Source: the human T2T-CHM13v2.0 reference genome, Homo sapiens. From it: 64,000 bases of DNA. The notes beneath the pieces are model-generated. The model ran no database searches. It saw only the letters and a program-made list of their open reading frames with translations, and had not been told where the DNA came from. Shown here piece by piece: positions 1 to 13,164 of this stretch. The position numbers were made by a program, and so were the translations under genes. How positions within the stretch are numbered: position 1 is the stretch's first letter; each line of letters starts with the position of its first letter. The stretch lies in assembly GCF_009914755.1 (NCBI RefSeq), contig NC_060941.1; one strand, given 5' to 3'.

Positions 1-420
1 TGTAGAAAGCTCCATAGAACAGTGCTGCACTGAGACCTTGTCATTACAGTTTCAAGTATTGTACTTAGACTACCATCTCACATCATTGCAGTTAACTCCC
101 TCACATACCTCACCCTAATAACTCTTTGACTCCACTCAGACCTTCAATCCACTAATCTCAACACTTTCCATTGTCCATTATCTTTCTCATGCCCCCACTT
201 TCCCTGTTACCCAACTTAAATTTCGAGGCCCATATTTGTAGCCCTTTGCATAAAGCTTTTGTTATGGAGCAACTCTCTTGCTCCTATTTCCCCCTGTCTT
301 ACTCAGTAAGACAAACACTATCCCAGGTTAACTCTCTCCTCCTACACTGTATCTGCACTCAAGAAGCTGAATGTAGCTGAAGAAAAATTGTAACTGTAAT
401 GACTGACCTGAAATTCATGA
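1..420 (+). mobile_element. L2 fragment
   Basis: Degenerate C/T-rich L2-like sequence. Boundaries approximate. Confidence 0.5.
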
Positions 421-429
421 CCACAAAAC

Positions 430-790
430 AAAAATACCAAACACCTAGAAATAAATCTAAAAGACTTTGACAAAACTTGTACCTAGAAGATGAAAAAAAT
501 TAAGAAAAAAATGTAAAAACAAATAGATTTAATATGTTCATGCAAGGAAAAACTCAAGATTGTGAAAAGTCAACACTCCCCAAATTGATTATATAAGCAA
601 TGCAGTCTCAATACAAGTTAAAACTTTGTTCTTTTCAAATTGACAAGCTGGTTCCAGTGTTCATTTGGAACTGCAAAAGGCCAGGAATAGCCAAGGTGCT
701 TTTGAATAAGAAGAAGGTGGAGGCTTTGTTCAAGACTTAATTTAAAGGATTTAAAAACTCATTCTAGAGCTAAATAATTTACAGTGTTAT
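430..790 (+). mobile_element. Old L1M ORF2 fragment
   Basis: A-rich L1 ORF2-like motifs (cctagaaataaatcta, ccccaaattgatt, ttgacaagctg, caaaaggccaggaatagccaag). Confidence 0.7.
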
Positions 791-794
791 TATA

Positions 795-1210
795 CTAGTT
801 ACCAATTTATGACTTTTAGCTCCAAATGCACCGTTCTTTGCTCTGCTTTGTGATAGTAGAGCTGGACCCTGGAAACATTTCAATGCCAGGTGGCGGAATG
901 TTAGCCTTTGTCGGTAGAGGGCACTGGAGGGATACTGCAAGGCATAGCAGGAGGAGGAAGAGGGTGTTTCTTTAGGTTCTAGGATGCTTTTCTTCCTCTG
1001 ATCGTGTGGCTCTCAGCAGCTTGCAGAAGACTCAGTAGTGCCCACCTTCCAGCTTGTTCTGCCAGCCTCCCACTGGGTACCTTCCAGCTTGCCAGCATTG
1101 GACTGTAGCACCATGGCCAGTCACTACTCCCTACTTTTACTATTTCTGTCTTCCTTAGAGTGTTCTTTAAATTCTGTTAGCACAAAACTACCTTTCACTA
1201 GTTAATAATT
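795..1210. mobile_element. ERVL-class LTR (LTR41-like, family uncertain)
   Basis: ctctgctttgtgat...gctggaccctggaaacatttc...tagagggcactggagg resembles the recalled LTR41/LTR40 group. Confidence 0.5.
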
Positions 1211-2469
1211 CTTTTTAAAAAACTTTTAATTTCAGGGGTACATAAGCAGGATGTGCAGGTTTGTTACACATGTAAATGTGTATCATGGGGGTTTGTTGTA
1301 CAGACTTATTTCATCACCCAGGCATTAAGCCTAATATCCATTAGTTATTTTTCCTGATCCTCTCACCCCTTCACCCTCCACCGTCTGATAGGCCCCAGTG
1401 TGTGTCGTTCCCCTTGGTGTCTACGTGTTCTCATTTAGTTCCTACTTATAAGTAAGAACATGTGATATTTGGTTGTCTGTTCCTGTGTAAGTTTGCCAAA
1501 GATAATGGTCTCTAGTTTCATCCATGTCCCTGCAAACGACATGATCTCATTCTTTTTTATGGATGCATAGTATTCCATGGTGTATATGTACCAGATTTTC
1601 TTTATCTAGTCTATCATTGATAGGCATTTAGGTTGATTCCATCACTTTGCTATTGTGAATAGTGCTGCAATGAACTATGAACTTATACATGCATGTGTCT
1701 TTATAATAGAATGACTTATATTCCTTTGGGTATATACCCAGTAGTAGGATTACTGGGTTAAATGATATTTCTGTCATTAGGTCTTTGAGGAATTGCCACA
1801 CTGTTTTTCACAATGGTTGAACTAATTTACACTCCCACCAACAGTGTCTAAGTATTCCTTTTTCTCTACAACCTCACCAGCGTCTGTTGTTTTTTGACTT
1901 TTTAGTAATATCCATTCTAACTGGTGTGAGATGTTATCTCATTGTGGTTTTGATTTGCATTTCTCTAATAAGGAGTGATGTTGAGCAGGAGAATGGCGTG
2001 AACCCAGGAGGTGGAGCTTGCAGTGAGCTGAGATCGCGCCACTGCACTCCAGCCTGGGGGACAGAGTGAGACTCTGTCTCAGGAAAAAAAAAAAAAAAAA
2101 AGAAAGAAAATTAGAGCAACTGTTTTTGCTTCTTTCTTTCCATCCCTAGTCCTGCCATCATTCTTGGTGTTTTCAAAATCCACATGGATGACCCATTCAT
2201 ATGCTTGTTGGCCACATGTATGTCTTCTTTTGAGAAGTGTCTGTTCATGTCATTTGCCCATTTTTTGATAGGGTGGTTAGTTTTTTCTTGTAAATTTGTT
2301 TAAGTTTCTTATAGATGCTAGATGTTAGACGTTTGTCAGATTCATAGTCTGTAAAATTTTTTTCCCCATTCTGTAGTTTGTTTACACTGTGTATAGTTTC
2401 TTCTGCTGTGCAGAAGCTCTTTAGTTTGATTAGATGCCATTTTTCATTTTTTGCTTTTGTTGCAATGGC
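1211..2469 (-). mobile_element. L1PA/PB 3' end, interrupted at 1985-2195
   Basis: Typical L1 3'UTR and ORF2 end in antisense. ORF 2245-2604 contains the L1 ORF2 peptide [12 protein letters not shown]. Confidence 0.92.
1985..2110 (+). mobile_element. AluY right-arm fragment
   Basis: gcaggagaatggcgtgaaccc...gagcttgcagtgagc (AluY diagnostics) plus A-tail. Confidence 0.9.
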
Positions 2470-3600
2470 AGAGCCTGCCTGGCCTCTGCTGTTTGTTGGA
2501 CACAGCAAACATGCCTCTGCCTCAGAACTTCTGTGATTGCTTATTCCTTGCTTGGAATGTTCTGTCCCTGGATAGCCGCATGGCTTATTTAGTTCTATGC
2601 TCAAATCGCCATTCCTTAAAGGGACTTTCCCTCTAAAAAGAGGAAAATCAAAAATATTATTTCCAGGTGTTCTTTAGCACCTTACATTATTTTATATTTC
2701 TTCATAGTACTAATCTTTAAATATTTGTGTGTTTGCTATTGGTTATTTCCCTCTTAAAATGGAAAATCCATCAGGAGACACATTTTGTTTTATTTAATGC
2801 TCTATGTCCAGCACTTAGTTTTCAATAAATATTTGTTGAATGAATAAGTAAATGAATGCATGAATGATACTGACACTGAGTCACGTGGGCCCTAGGACTT
2901 ATCTGGGTTACATGCACATATTCACATATTCTCTAAGCTACTGTTTTAGACTCACTGTAGGGGAAGCTCTGCTGCTTACTGGCATTGGGCTTTTCCTCTA
3001 AGGACACCTATTTTAGAGACTGACTTCCATTATATTGAAGATTTTAAAACTTGATAATGAAAATGTAAGTCAGATTATTTCACTTCCATGCTTAACGTCT
3101 CAAATAATTTCCAAGTATGGAATAAAATTCAAACTCCTTTCTCTGGCCTAATAGACTTGACCCTATCTGTCCTCTTCCAATCACTTTTCTGACCTCTTCT
3201 CCTTGTAATCTTCCTCTCGCTCCTTCTCCTTTAACCACACTTGGTTTCCTCTTCTTTGAACACCAAACTGGCTCATTCCATATTGTCTTTAAACTTATCT
3301 TTCCTTCCGTTTAGAACACTATTCCCAGATTTTCATTTGCTTAATCCTTTGTCATTCAGTGCAAACATCACCTTGCCAGAGAGATCTTTATTACCAAGGT
3401 AGCTCTCTCCTTTGTACCATCTTGCTTTATTTTTCCAAGGAGCACTTGTCACTCCATAAAAATTATCTGGCTTTTAAAATTGTTGATTCTGTCTTCCGTC
3501 TTGGGCAGAACCTTGTTTTGTTTTATTTGCTAGTATATTCCCAGTGCCTAGATAAACAGTGTGTGATACTTAATAGGTGTGCAATAAATATTAGCTGAAT
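2470..3600 (+). mobile_element. L2 3'-end fragments (two, approximate)
   Basis: L2 tails caataaatatttgttgaatgaat (~2823) and caataaatattagctgaataaat (~3582). Confidence 0.65.
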
Positions 3601-3605
3601 AAATA

Positions 3606-3963
3606 CAGATACTCCTTGACTTACAATGGGATTACAACCTAATAAGACTATTGCAAGTCAAAATATCTTAAGTAAAAAATGCAGTTAATACACCTAACCT
3701 ACTGATCATCATAGCTTAGCCTAGCCTACCTTAAATGTACCCAGAACACTTACATTAGCCTATAGTAGAACAAAATAATAAAATACAAGTTTATTTTATA
3801 ATAAAGTGTTGAATATCTTATGTAATCTGTTGAATACTGAAAGGGAAAAGCAGAGTGGTTGTTTGGGTACTCTAAGTACGATTTCTACTGAATGCATATT
3901 GCATTCACATCACTGTAATGTCAAAGAATCAAAGTTGAACCATTGCAAGCTGGGGACCATCTG
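3606..3963. mobile_element. MER47A (TcMar-Tigger) DNA transposon
   Basis: TA|cagatactccttgacttac...gctggggaccatctg|TA: terminal inverted repeats with TA duplications. Confidence 0.85.
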
Positions 3964-6536
3964 TAAATGCTTCATCAGTATCATTCAAGGGATGAAATGC
4001 TAGCCTTAGGTGAAACGTAGATGCCCTTAGAAATAATGTGAGCACTTTGGGGAACTTCCTGTTTGCAATAACTTAAAATAAATTGACTTCACACTCGCTC
4101 ATACTTTCCTACAAAAGCCTTTCTTGGTTAAGAAAGAAGACATTAATTTCTAGTTGCTGATTATAAATAAGGTATGTTTTGTCACTCATATTCTTCCTTT
4201 GAAAACTGTTTTTACTATGATCTGCTGCTTATCTGAGTCTTCCCCTTTTGTGATTGCATGTAGGCTAGTATTTGCCTCTCGTCTACAGGGTCTTTGCACT
4301 TGGCTTCTGGTTTATCAGAGGCAGGCAGTCCCTGCTGCTGTTAGGAAGAAAACGATTAATCTTATTTATTTATTTTATGTATTATTTATGTCCCACCTGC
4401 TTCAAAAGTGAATTTGAGGCGGCTAACTTCTTAATTACTTTTGCCCTTGTCCTTTGAAACTTCTAGGCCCCGTAAGGTTTCTTAGCAGTGCCACTGGGTC
4501 TTTGATTTCTTCTTGAAAAGTACAATGTTGGGTGTGTGGATTTGGATAATCTCTGGGATCTTTTATAGTTGTGACATTTTGAACCTCCCTTCACAAAAGA
4601 AAGGGAGTTAATGACCAGTCACCTAGGGAGGCTGCATAACTCACCCACTTTTTCTCCTTTTTGGTTACGTCTTTACCACTTTCAGTTATACTTCTTAGGA
4701 TACTAAGTTTGAAAGGTAATGTGTATATATATTTCCTTTTTTTTTTGAAATTAAAATGTGAACTTTTAAGTTGTTATATGTGAAGCTTATAACACCATTT
4801 ATTGAGCACCTGCTATTTTCCAGGCAATACTAGTTTTCTTATTTAAGTTATATCATTTAATTTGTACAAAATTCCTATTATGTAGATATTAGTAACCCCC
4901 ATTCTGCAGAATAGAACAACTAAGGATCAGAAGAGTTAAGTAACTTATGTAAGATAAAATAATATGGGGCAGGACCATGATTTGAATTTGGCTCTAACCA
5001 GTCCATAAATCAGATACTCTGAGGCTGGCCTCTGCAGATGTATATACTCCTCTGGGTGTAAATCGTAGAAGGAGAGAAATTCAATCTTAGCATTGGGTTT
5101 GGGATGACTAAGGGAAGCAAAACAGCTGTGGATAGAAACACTGCCTTTTTGTTGCCTTTTCTGCTTCTGGGTTATACATATTTGTGAAAATACATATATG
5201 ATACAACTGTTATGGCAACAATAGGTGGATGGATGGTTAGATGGGATCACATTTGACTGGGGGTCTTAAAGGTTTCAAAAGGACTAGCTCAGTCAACAGA
5301 GTGGAGGTTGAGGTAAAGAATTTGCTTTCCAGACAGAACAAATAGCATGTGTGAATCCCTTAAGATGAAGTGCACTTGGAAACGATGACAAGTTTGGTAG
5401 AACCAGAGTGTAGACTCTGACTGGCTGCACATTTGAGAAAGGCTTGGAAATGAGCCTGGAAAGATCAGCAGAGGCCAGGTTATGAAGAGCCTTTTGTACT
5501 TCACTAAGTATCTTGGCATGGGTCCCATAAGTGGTGGAGGATCATTGAATAATTGAAGAGGAGTGATGTGATCTGGCTTCGCTTTAGAAAGCTGGCTTTC
5601 CTTGAGTGTTGTCTCTATCTCTTAGGACCTGACTAGCTATTGTTGGCCAGTTATGAGTATTCCCTTTGGAGAATACCTCATTTTCTTGTGGGCCAGGATT
5701 CTCACTGTGTTACCCAGGGCCTGTGTATGGAAGGCGATACATCAAGGACAAGCAATGTCAGAGCCTGAATGGGAATCTGTGGATGGAAGGCCCCAAAACT
5801 CAGTCTTGAAAGGCATTTTTCTATTGCTCTTACGATTATAAGGGAGGCTATCTTTGCCTTAAATGTTAAGGTATTCTGTGAGTAAATTTTCTGCTAGACG
5901 TGAATCAATGCCAATTTGAATTCATACAATAAACTCTGGAAAACAGAATTCAATTATGGTTCTCTTTCCCTGCATAGCTAAAAGGAGCTGAATACTTTGC
6001 CTCATGTTCAGACACCTGGAGGGAAGAGTGGACAGCTTCTGGAGTGAAAAAGAAGGGAACAGAAAAGGGACGGAGACCTTGAGGCAGAGGTTTTGTCTGT
6101 AGTTCCTCAATACCCAGACAGGATTCTAACACCAAGCTCAACACTCCCCAGGCAATGCTTTTAAAATGAAAGTGTAACCAACATTTGTTAACTGCTTGTC
6201 AATTGGGAAAACATTTTCTAAATACATAGCTTAAGGTGCCTTGCACAGTGCTTGTTGATTATCGGATACTAGAAAGTACGGTTAAAAAATTCTTAAAAAG
6301 TTACAAGTTGAGAGTTAAAAAAAATTAATCTTATTTTTCATTTTACGAACTCATTTTAGATTAAAACTGTGAAGTTACTGAATAATAAATTTTTTTTAAG
6401 ACTCTTTCCCCAGTCTGACAAAACATGCCAATTCTGTTGTAAAAGCTATATGTGACGGGGAGGACGATAGCCCAGTGATTTATGGGCTTTGGAATCAGAC
6501 AAACATAATTTAGAATTCACCTGAAACTTGAGTGTC

Positions 6537-6883
6537 AGCTGGGTGTGGTGGCTTATGCCTGTAATCTCAGTGACTTGGGAGGCTGAGGCAGGAGGATTGC
6601 TTGAGCCCAGGAGTTTGAGACCAGCCTGGGCAACATAGCAAGACCTCATCTCTACAAAAAATTAAAAAAGATTTACCAGGTCATGGTGGCACCTGCCTGT
6701 AGTCTTAGCTACTTGGGAGGCTTAGGTGGGTGGATCGCTTGAGCCCAGGAGTTCGAGGCTGCAGTGAGCTATGACAGCATCACTTCACTCCAGCCTGGGC
6801 AACAAAGTGAGACCAAGTCTGGGAAAAAAAAAAAAAACAACCGAAAACAAACCCAAACAGAACCCAAACCCCCAAAACAAAAA
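6537..6883 (+). mobile_element. AluJ inserted in a MIR
   Basis: Full dimeric Alu. TSD aaacttgagtgtc on both sides. Confidence 0.93.
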
Positions 6884-7162
6884 AACTTGAGTGTCCTTGG
6901 GTCAATCATTTCATCTCTGTAAGTTTTAGTTTCCCATCTAGTCCGTCCCCACTTCTGATACATACTTCTAGTTCTGACACTGACTTGCTCGACCAGAGCT
7001 CTCAACATTTATCTTGGACTCCTGATACTTCCATTTTCAGTTTATCTTTCTACCTTGACATTAGTGCTTGTAGACGACTGGTAATAACCCTTTCTCCTTC
7101 CATCATCTCCCAACTACCTCCTGCTCTGGCAGGGCCTAAGACCTCCTTCCTTGGAAACTGCC

Positions 7163-7670
7163 TGTGATTGACAGAATAATGTCCTCCCTTCCTCCCCACA
7201 AAGATGTTCATGCTGTCATTTTCAGAAGCTGAGTATCTTATGTTATACGATAAAGGGGAATTAAGGTTGCAAATGGAATTTAGGCTGCCAATCAGCTGAC
7301 CTTGAATGGGGAGTTTATCCTGGATTATCTGGGTAAGTCCAGTATAATCACAAGTGTCTGTACTAGGGAAAAGGGGGATCAGGGGAGTCAGGGTCAGAGT
7401 AATGTATGTGAGAGACTTGAATGGCCAATGCTGGTATTGAAGATAAAAGGGGCTATGGCCCGGAATGTGGGGAACCCACCTCTAGAAGCGGGGAAGGGCA
7501 AGAGGACAGAGTCTTCCTGAGCCTCCTGGAAAAACTATTCTGCCAACACTTGGATTTTTGCAGAGTGAGACTCTGTTTAGACCTCTGGCACTGTAAGATA
7601 ATACATTTCTGTTGTTTCAAACCACTAAATTTGTGGTAATGTGTTAGAGCGGCGATAGGAAACCAACACT
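7163..7670 (+). mobile_element. MLT1D-like MaLR solo LTR
   Basis: gaattaaggttgcaaatggaatt...aatcagctgacctt...tttgtggtaatgtgtta. Probable TSD ctgcc/ctgct. Confidence 0.8.
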
Positions 7671-7914
7671 CTGCTCTTTTGGGTAGACCATGTGCCTTCT
7701 GGTAGATCAGCTCAGACTTAAGAAGACAAGTTAATATGGATTTCAGAATATTTCCAAAAAGACCTGATACACAGGCAATTTAGGACAAATAATACCAATC
7801 CAATGCTCACCCCAGCTATCCAGTCCCATTTTGAAGTGGAGAGCAAAAAACCCTTTATGGCTTTTTATTATTCTCTGCTAAATACTTGGGTTAATCTTCC
7901 ATATTTTGCCTGCT

Positions 7915-8010
7915 GCTTTTCTCTTTCTCTCTCTTCTTTTTTCTTTCTTTCTCTCTTCCTCTTTTTCTGTTTTTTTCTCTCTCTTTTTCTCTTTCTTTCT
8001 CTCTCTGCTT
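7915..8010. repeat. CT-rich simple repeat
   Basis: Visible (TC/TTTC)n tract. Confidence 0.9.
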
Positions 8011-10558
8011 TAGCATTTTACCATAAGCACTACATTTTTATCTTACAAAAATATTTTTAAATGATTTAAAAAAGGATCATGTTATGAAGCATAGAATGCT
8101 AAGGGAGGTTTTTAAACTTTTAATCTTCTTAAGTAATGGTCCACTTTATCAACTGAAATGTGATGTGACTACATAATATATATAACAGATGATGGGAAAT
8201 GGTTCAGGTAGAAATGGATTGATGATGGGGAGGGGAGAAGGTCCCCAGTGTTCAGCCTCATTGTCTGTGGTCCCTGAAGCATCTTGTTGGAGCTCCAGAG
8301 AAACTGTTGTTCTAGATCTGAGCTTTCATTTGACAGCTGGGAACACAGTCAGTGCAAGAGCCCATGACCAGGTAATGCCAGGATGGAGTCTTGAACCTGG
8401 GCCTCTAGGCCTGGCTCTCAGACTGTGTTCTTTCCACTAAAATACATTAGCCTAAAACCAAATTCTTGCTTTGTTTGATTTTTTTTTTTCCTCACTGATA
8501 TGGTGAGAGACACAGGTGTTTTCTGGTGGGTAGATGGCAGGGTATTTTTCATCCAGGAAGTTCAGGCTTCATCATGTATCAGCTACTAAAATAATTTCTG
8601 AATTCTGCTACAACCATTCTATAGATGAGGAAACTGAGATTCAGAAAGCTGAAGTGACATACCTCCCATCCATTTCCAGCTCAGATCTCAATCAGAAAGT
8701 GTCTCTGCTCATTAGAGGTGATGAAAACCCTCCTCTGTCACAGTGGAAGGCTGTGCCACCTCCCTGAGCACTCTGGTTAAAAAAGAAAAAGAGAGAAATA
8801 TGAGTATTTCTTCCTGATAGGAATGCACACAGCCAATATTTTGTGCTTGTTGGATTACATTAGAGGAAAATGTTGCCTTCTGCGGAAATCAATGAAAAAT
8901 GACTGAATCCTTAAGGATTTCTCTTTGAGCATGTGGAATTAGTTATGAAGGCCTATAGCAAGAAGCCAACGTGGGAAACAGGTGATCCTCAACATCGAAA
9001 GGAAGAAGGATCCATCCTAGGCCAGCACTGAGAGTTATCATCACCTCTTCCTGAAGAGTAAGCATAGACTAGGGTCAGGACTCATGTCTTTTTCTAGTCC
9101 ACTTAATACACATTCACGTTGTAAGTAGTTTTATTCCAGACTAAGGCTCTAATCACTCTGCACAAATCCACCCTAGGCATTGCTGTGTCTCATATCAGGG
9201 CTCATGCTCGCTTAGTACACACCTCTATGCCTTACCAGTAGGCATCTACTCTGACTGGCCAGGGCTGATGCCATAACTGTCATTAGAGATTGTGAATATT
9301 ATCCATGATGTAAATACCGGGATCAGTCAAGTTTCTAGTACCTATAGCGAGCCGAGCTAGGTAAGCAGGGTCACTTAGAGAATTCCTTCTCAGTAAAATT
9401 TATTTTGATGTGGGTGAACTATTAAGCGATGGATCCCGAATTCCAACCCCTTTCTAACCGGCTTCCACGGCCGTACACTTTTCAGCACATAGTACTGCTG
9501 CATTTCAGGTGATGAAAAGCATTTTTCAATTTGATGGTTTTCATCTGCATTTTATTAGTCTATTTCTGGAAAACACACTATTTGTACATCACTTTGCTTG
9601 CAGACTTGTCTTTATTATTCCTTTCCCCACCTCACGTGGTGGGCCCAGGATCTGATTTTCTCTCAGCTCTTGGCCTATTTCTCATTCTCTCTCGGAGCAA
9701 TTTACCCTCTGTGACAGTCCATCTGTCTCTCCTGCCCCCACTTATGAATACTCTGCCTTTTCCAATTTTCCTTATTTCCTCTTTAATATCATCTGTGTAG
9801 TCTTCCCTGACCTTTTCCAGCTCTTCAGATGGCCCATTTATTCCTTATCGATGCTGTTTGACTGGCGGAATCTTGCAGATTACGTTGACAGTGTTTCTCT
9901 CATATCTTGCCCTGTCGTCACTCTTTGTTAACTGTCTTATTGACCTTTTGTAGGGGTTTGTGTTTTTCTCTTATTAAAAATAAAAAAAAAGGAAAATGGC
10001 AAACATTAAATGTGCAGCCGTGATCTGAGTGTTACCATTTGAGAGCTCATCTGAGTGTCTGTGTTATCTGCTTCTGGGCTGTGTGCCTGCTGAAGTTAAT
10101 AGAAGGGACTGTGTGGACTTACGCCCTTCAGTGGCCACCTCTGAAGATTGTGGGGGATTGTTTGATGGTCCTTGTTGATGAGTGTCACCAAAAAGGGAAG
10201 TAGATGGTTAAAAAAATCCTTAGCCAAATGAAATTTAATAGTTTAATTGAGCAAAGAACGATTCATGAATCAGGCAGCCTCCTAAGCCAGAGTAGGCTCA
10301 GAGAGACTGCAGCACAGCCTTGTGGTAGAAGATTTATAGAAGGAAAAGGAAAGTGATGTATAGAAAATGGAAGGAAGGTATGGAAACAGCTTTATGGGTT
10401 ACAGCTTGACTTTTGCCTTATTTGGACACAGTTTGAACAGTTGGTCCCCTTTGAATGGAGAAAACCTGGCGATTGGCACCAGTGTGGGTTACAGTCTGTT
10501 TACACCTCCATTTAGGTTATTGTTCACTATGTACAGAGAAATCTTTAGGATGAACTTA

Positions 10559-11023
<465 letters not shown>

Positions 11024-11098
11024 GGACCCTGCCTTTAAAAAAAAAAAAAGGCAGCTTTAGGCTAAACTTCATTTAACAACGTTTACTCGTTTGCATTA

Positions 11099-11295
11099 TG
11101 GATCAGCAAACCCTTTCTGTAAAGGGCCTGATGGGAAAGATTTTCAGCTTCTCAGGCTATACAGTTTGTGTTGCTATAGCACAAAAGCAGTCTAAGACAA
11201 CGTGTAAAGGAATGGGCATGACTGTGTTTCAATACAACTATTCACACAAACAGGCAGTGGGCCAGATTTGGTTGAGGGACCTTTGTTTGGCCTCT
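11099..11295. mobile_element. MER58A-like hAT-Charlie fossil
   Basis: cagcaaaccctttctgtaaagggcc...aaacaggcagtgggccagatttgg. Confidence 0.75.
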
Positions 11296-11571
11296 GTTTT
11301 CATTTTTATTTTATAGCTTTTACTTTTTCTTGGCTATATGTGCTTTTGCCTTTGCTGTATTTAAAAGTGCTTTCTCAGCAATAAGTTAGCATTCCATCCT
11401 GGGATACTTTCAGAGGTCACCGTGAGAGGGAGAGAGCAGCAGGGAAAAGGGAGTTTAGTGCAAGGAGATACCACGTGCTGTTTTTGGCATTGACAGAGGG
11501 TCCCTCATTCAGGCCCACTGGAAGAAGTCAGATGCGTTGTAAGTTGGAGATAACCTGAGTTGGGAGAGGAA

Positions 11572-11823
11572 TTTTTTTGTTAATTATTATATTTAAGTTC
11601 TGAGGTACATGTGCAGAACTTGCAGTTTTGTTTAATAGGTATACACATGCCATGGTGGTTTGCTGCACCCATCAATCCATCACCTACATTAGGTATTTCT
11701 CCTAATGCTATCCCTCCCCCTAGCCCCCCCACTCCCTGACAGGCCCCAGTGTGTGATGTTCCCTTCCCTGTGTCCATGTGTTCTCATTGTTCAGCTCCCA
11801 TTTATGAGTGAGAACATGCGGTA
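11572..11823 (-). mobile_element. L1PA (7/8-like) 3' end
   Basis: tttaagttctgaggtacatgtgcag...ggtatttctcctaatgctatccc. Confidence 0.9.
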
Positions 11824-12488
11824 TTTTTATTTGGCTGTGATCCTGAATGTCTTGCTCAGGAGCTTAGTAAACTTGAGTAAGTCACTTCATGTTTTTGGAT
11901 TTTACTGATCTTATTTGTAAAATGGGGTCATTATTATTAATTGTTAAATGTAATATTCTATACTGTTTTATTTCACATCTCTAATTATCAGTTGCTGGCT
12001 GGCACAAGGACTTATATCTTGAGAGCATTGTTGTCTTCTAATATCTCAAGGATAATGTGTATGAACTTAATTGAAATATTAGACATTAGAAAATACAGAC
12101 AAATTTGAAGATAAAAAATGCACAAGACCCATGATAATTGTAATATCACAGTGTATATTTTCTTCTATATTTTTCTGTAATTATATATCGTATATAATGG
12201 TGCATATTTTGAAAATGGCTGTTTTTCACTTATTATAAATTTATTATCAATGAATATTCATCTTATCATTTCTAATAGCTAAGATATCCTATTTTTATAT
12301 ACAGAATATTTTATATACTGCATGTGTATTCATTCCTTTTGCTCCATAAAGACAATGACATTGTCTTGCCTACCTGTGAACCAGACTTCAGTTGGAGGCT
12401 GTATAGAGTAATAATTTAGAGTAGTGGGCTTTGAATTCAGATAGATCTTGGCATTATTTCTGGATTTACCACTTATAAGTGTTAACCT

Positions 12489-13162
12489 CATGAAATGGAG
12501 AATGATGAAGTTCATTAATTTGGAAAGGAGAGCTTTACTTCTCATAAACGGTTGTAGCTTGCAGGGTGGCCATTCTAACAGGCTGGGAAGCATAGCTTTG
12601 GGCTAGAAGCCAGTAACAGGCACTTTGAGGGAGGGGCAAAGGGAATGTGAATTTATGCTGAATGAAGTGGCCAAATATACATATTTAATAAGCTGCAGGA
12701 GGAATTATGAATGTTTATGAAATGAGAAACACGTGCACGCACACTGAGCTTCATGTCACTCTCTGGGTCCCACGTGCAAAAATGGGCAGCGTTAGCATGA
12801 CCTGAGGGTGGAGTTTTCATCCCTCTGACATCAAAGAGTAAAGCAGAGGACACAAGAACCCTTGCTGCATGTCCTCTGTAGACTGGCAAGAATCACTCCA
12901 TGGTCAGTGGTCTCTTATTAGGAAGGAGTGCTGGTTGGTTGTGTGGAAACCCCAAAATGGTTGGGTAGCATTAGGTTGTTGGTTGATATCAGTGGTGGAG
13001 TCTTTCAAAAGAGTCGATTTCTGTTTAACCCTTAGGGAAGAAAGCCTAATGGTGGTTAGCCAGGGAGGAGGTATAACAAGGCATGTCTGATCTCTCATCC
13101 TGTTGTGGCTGGGCATTCAACTTCCAAGGTTTCTCTGGGATTGCCTTTATTTTTATTTATCA
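12489..13162 (-). mobile_element. ERV1 MER4-group LTR 'A' (MER66-like, uncertain)
   Basis: tttctgtttaacccttagggaagaaagcctaatgg...aggtttctctggga. TSD acct at 12485-12488 and 16217-16220. Confidence 0.7.
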
Positions 13163-13164
13163 AT

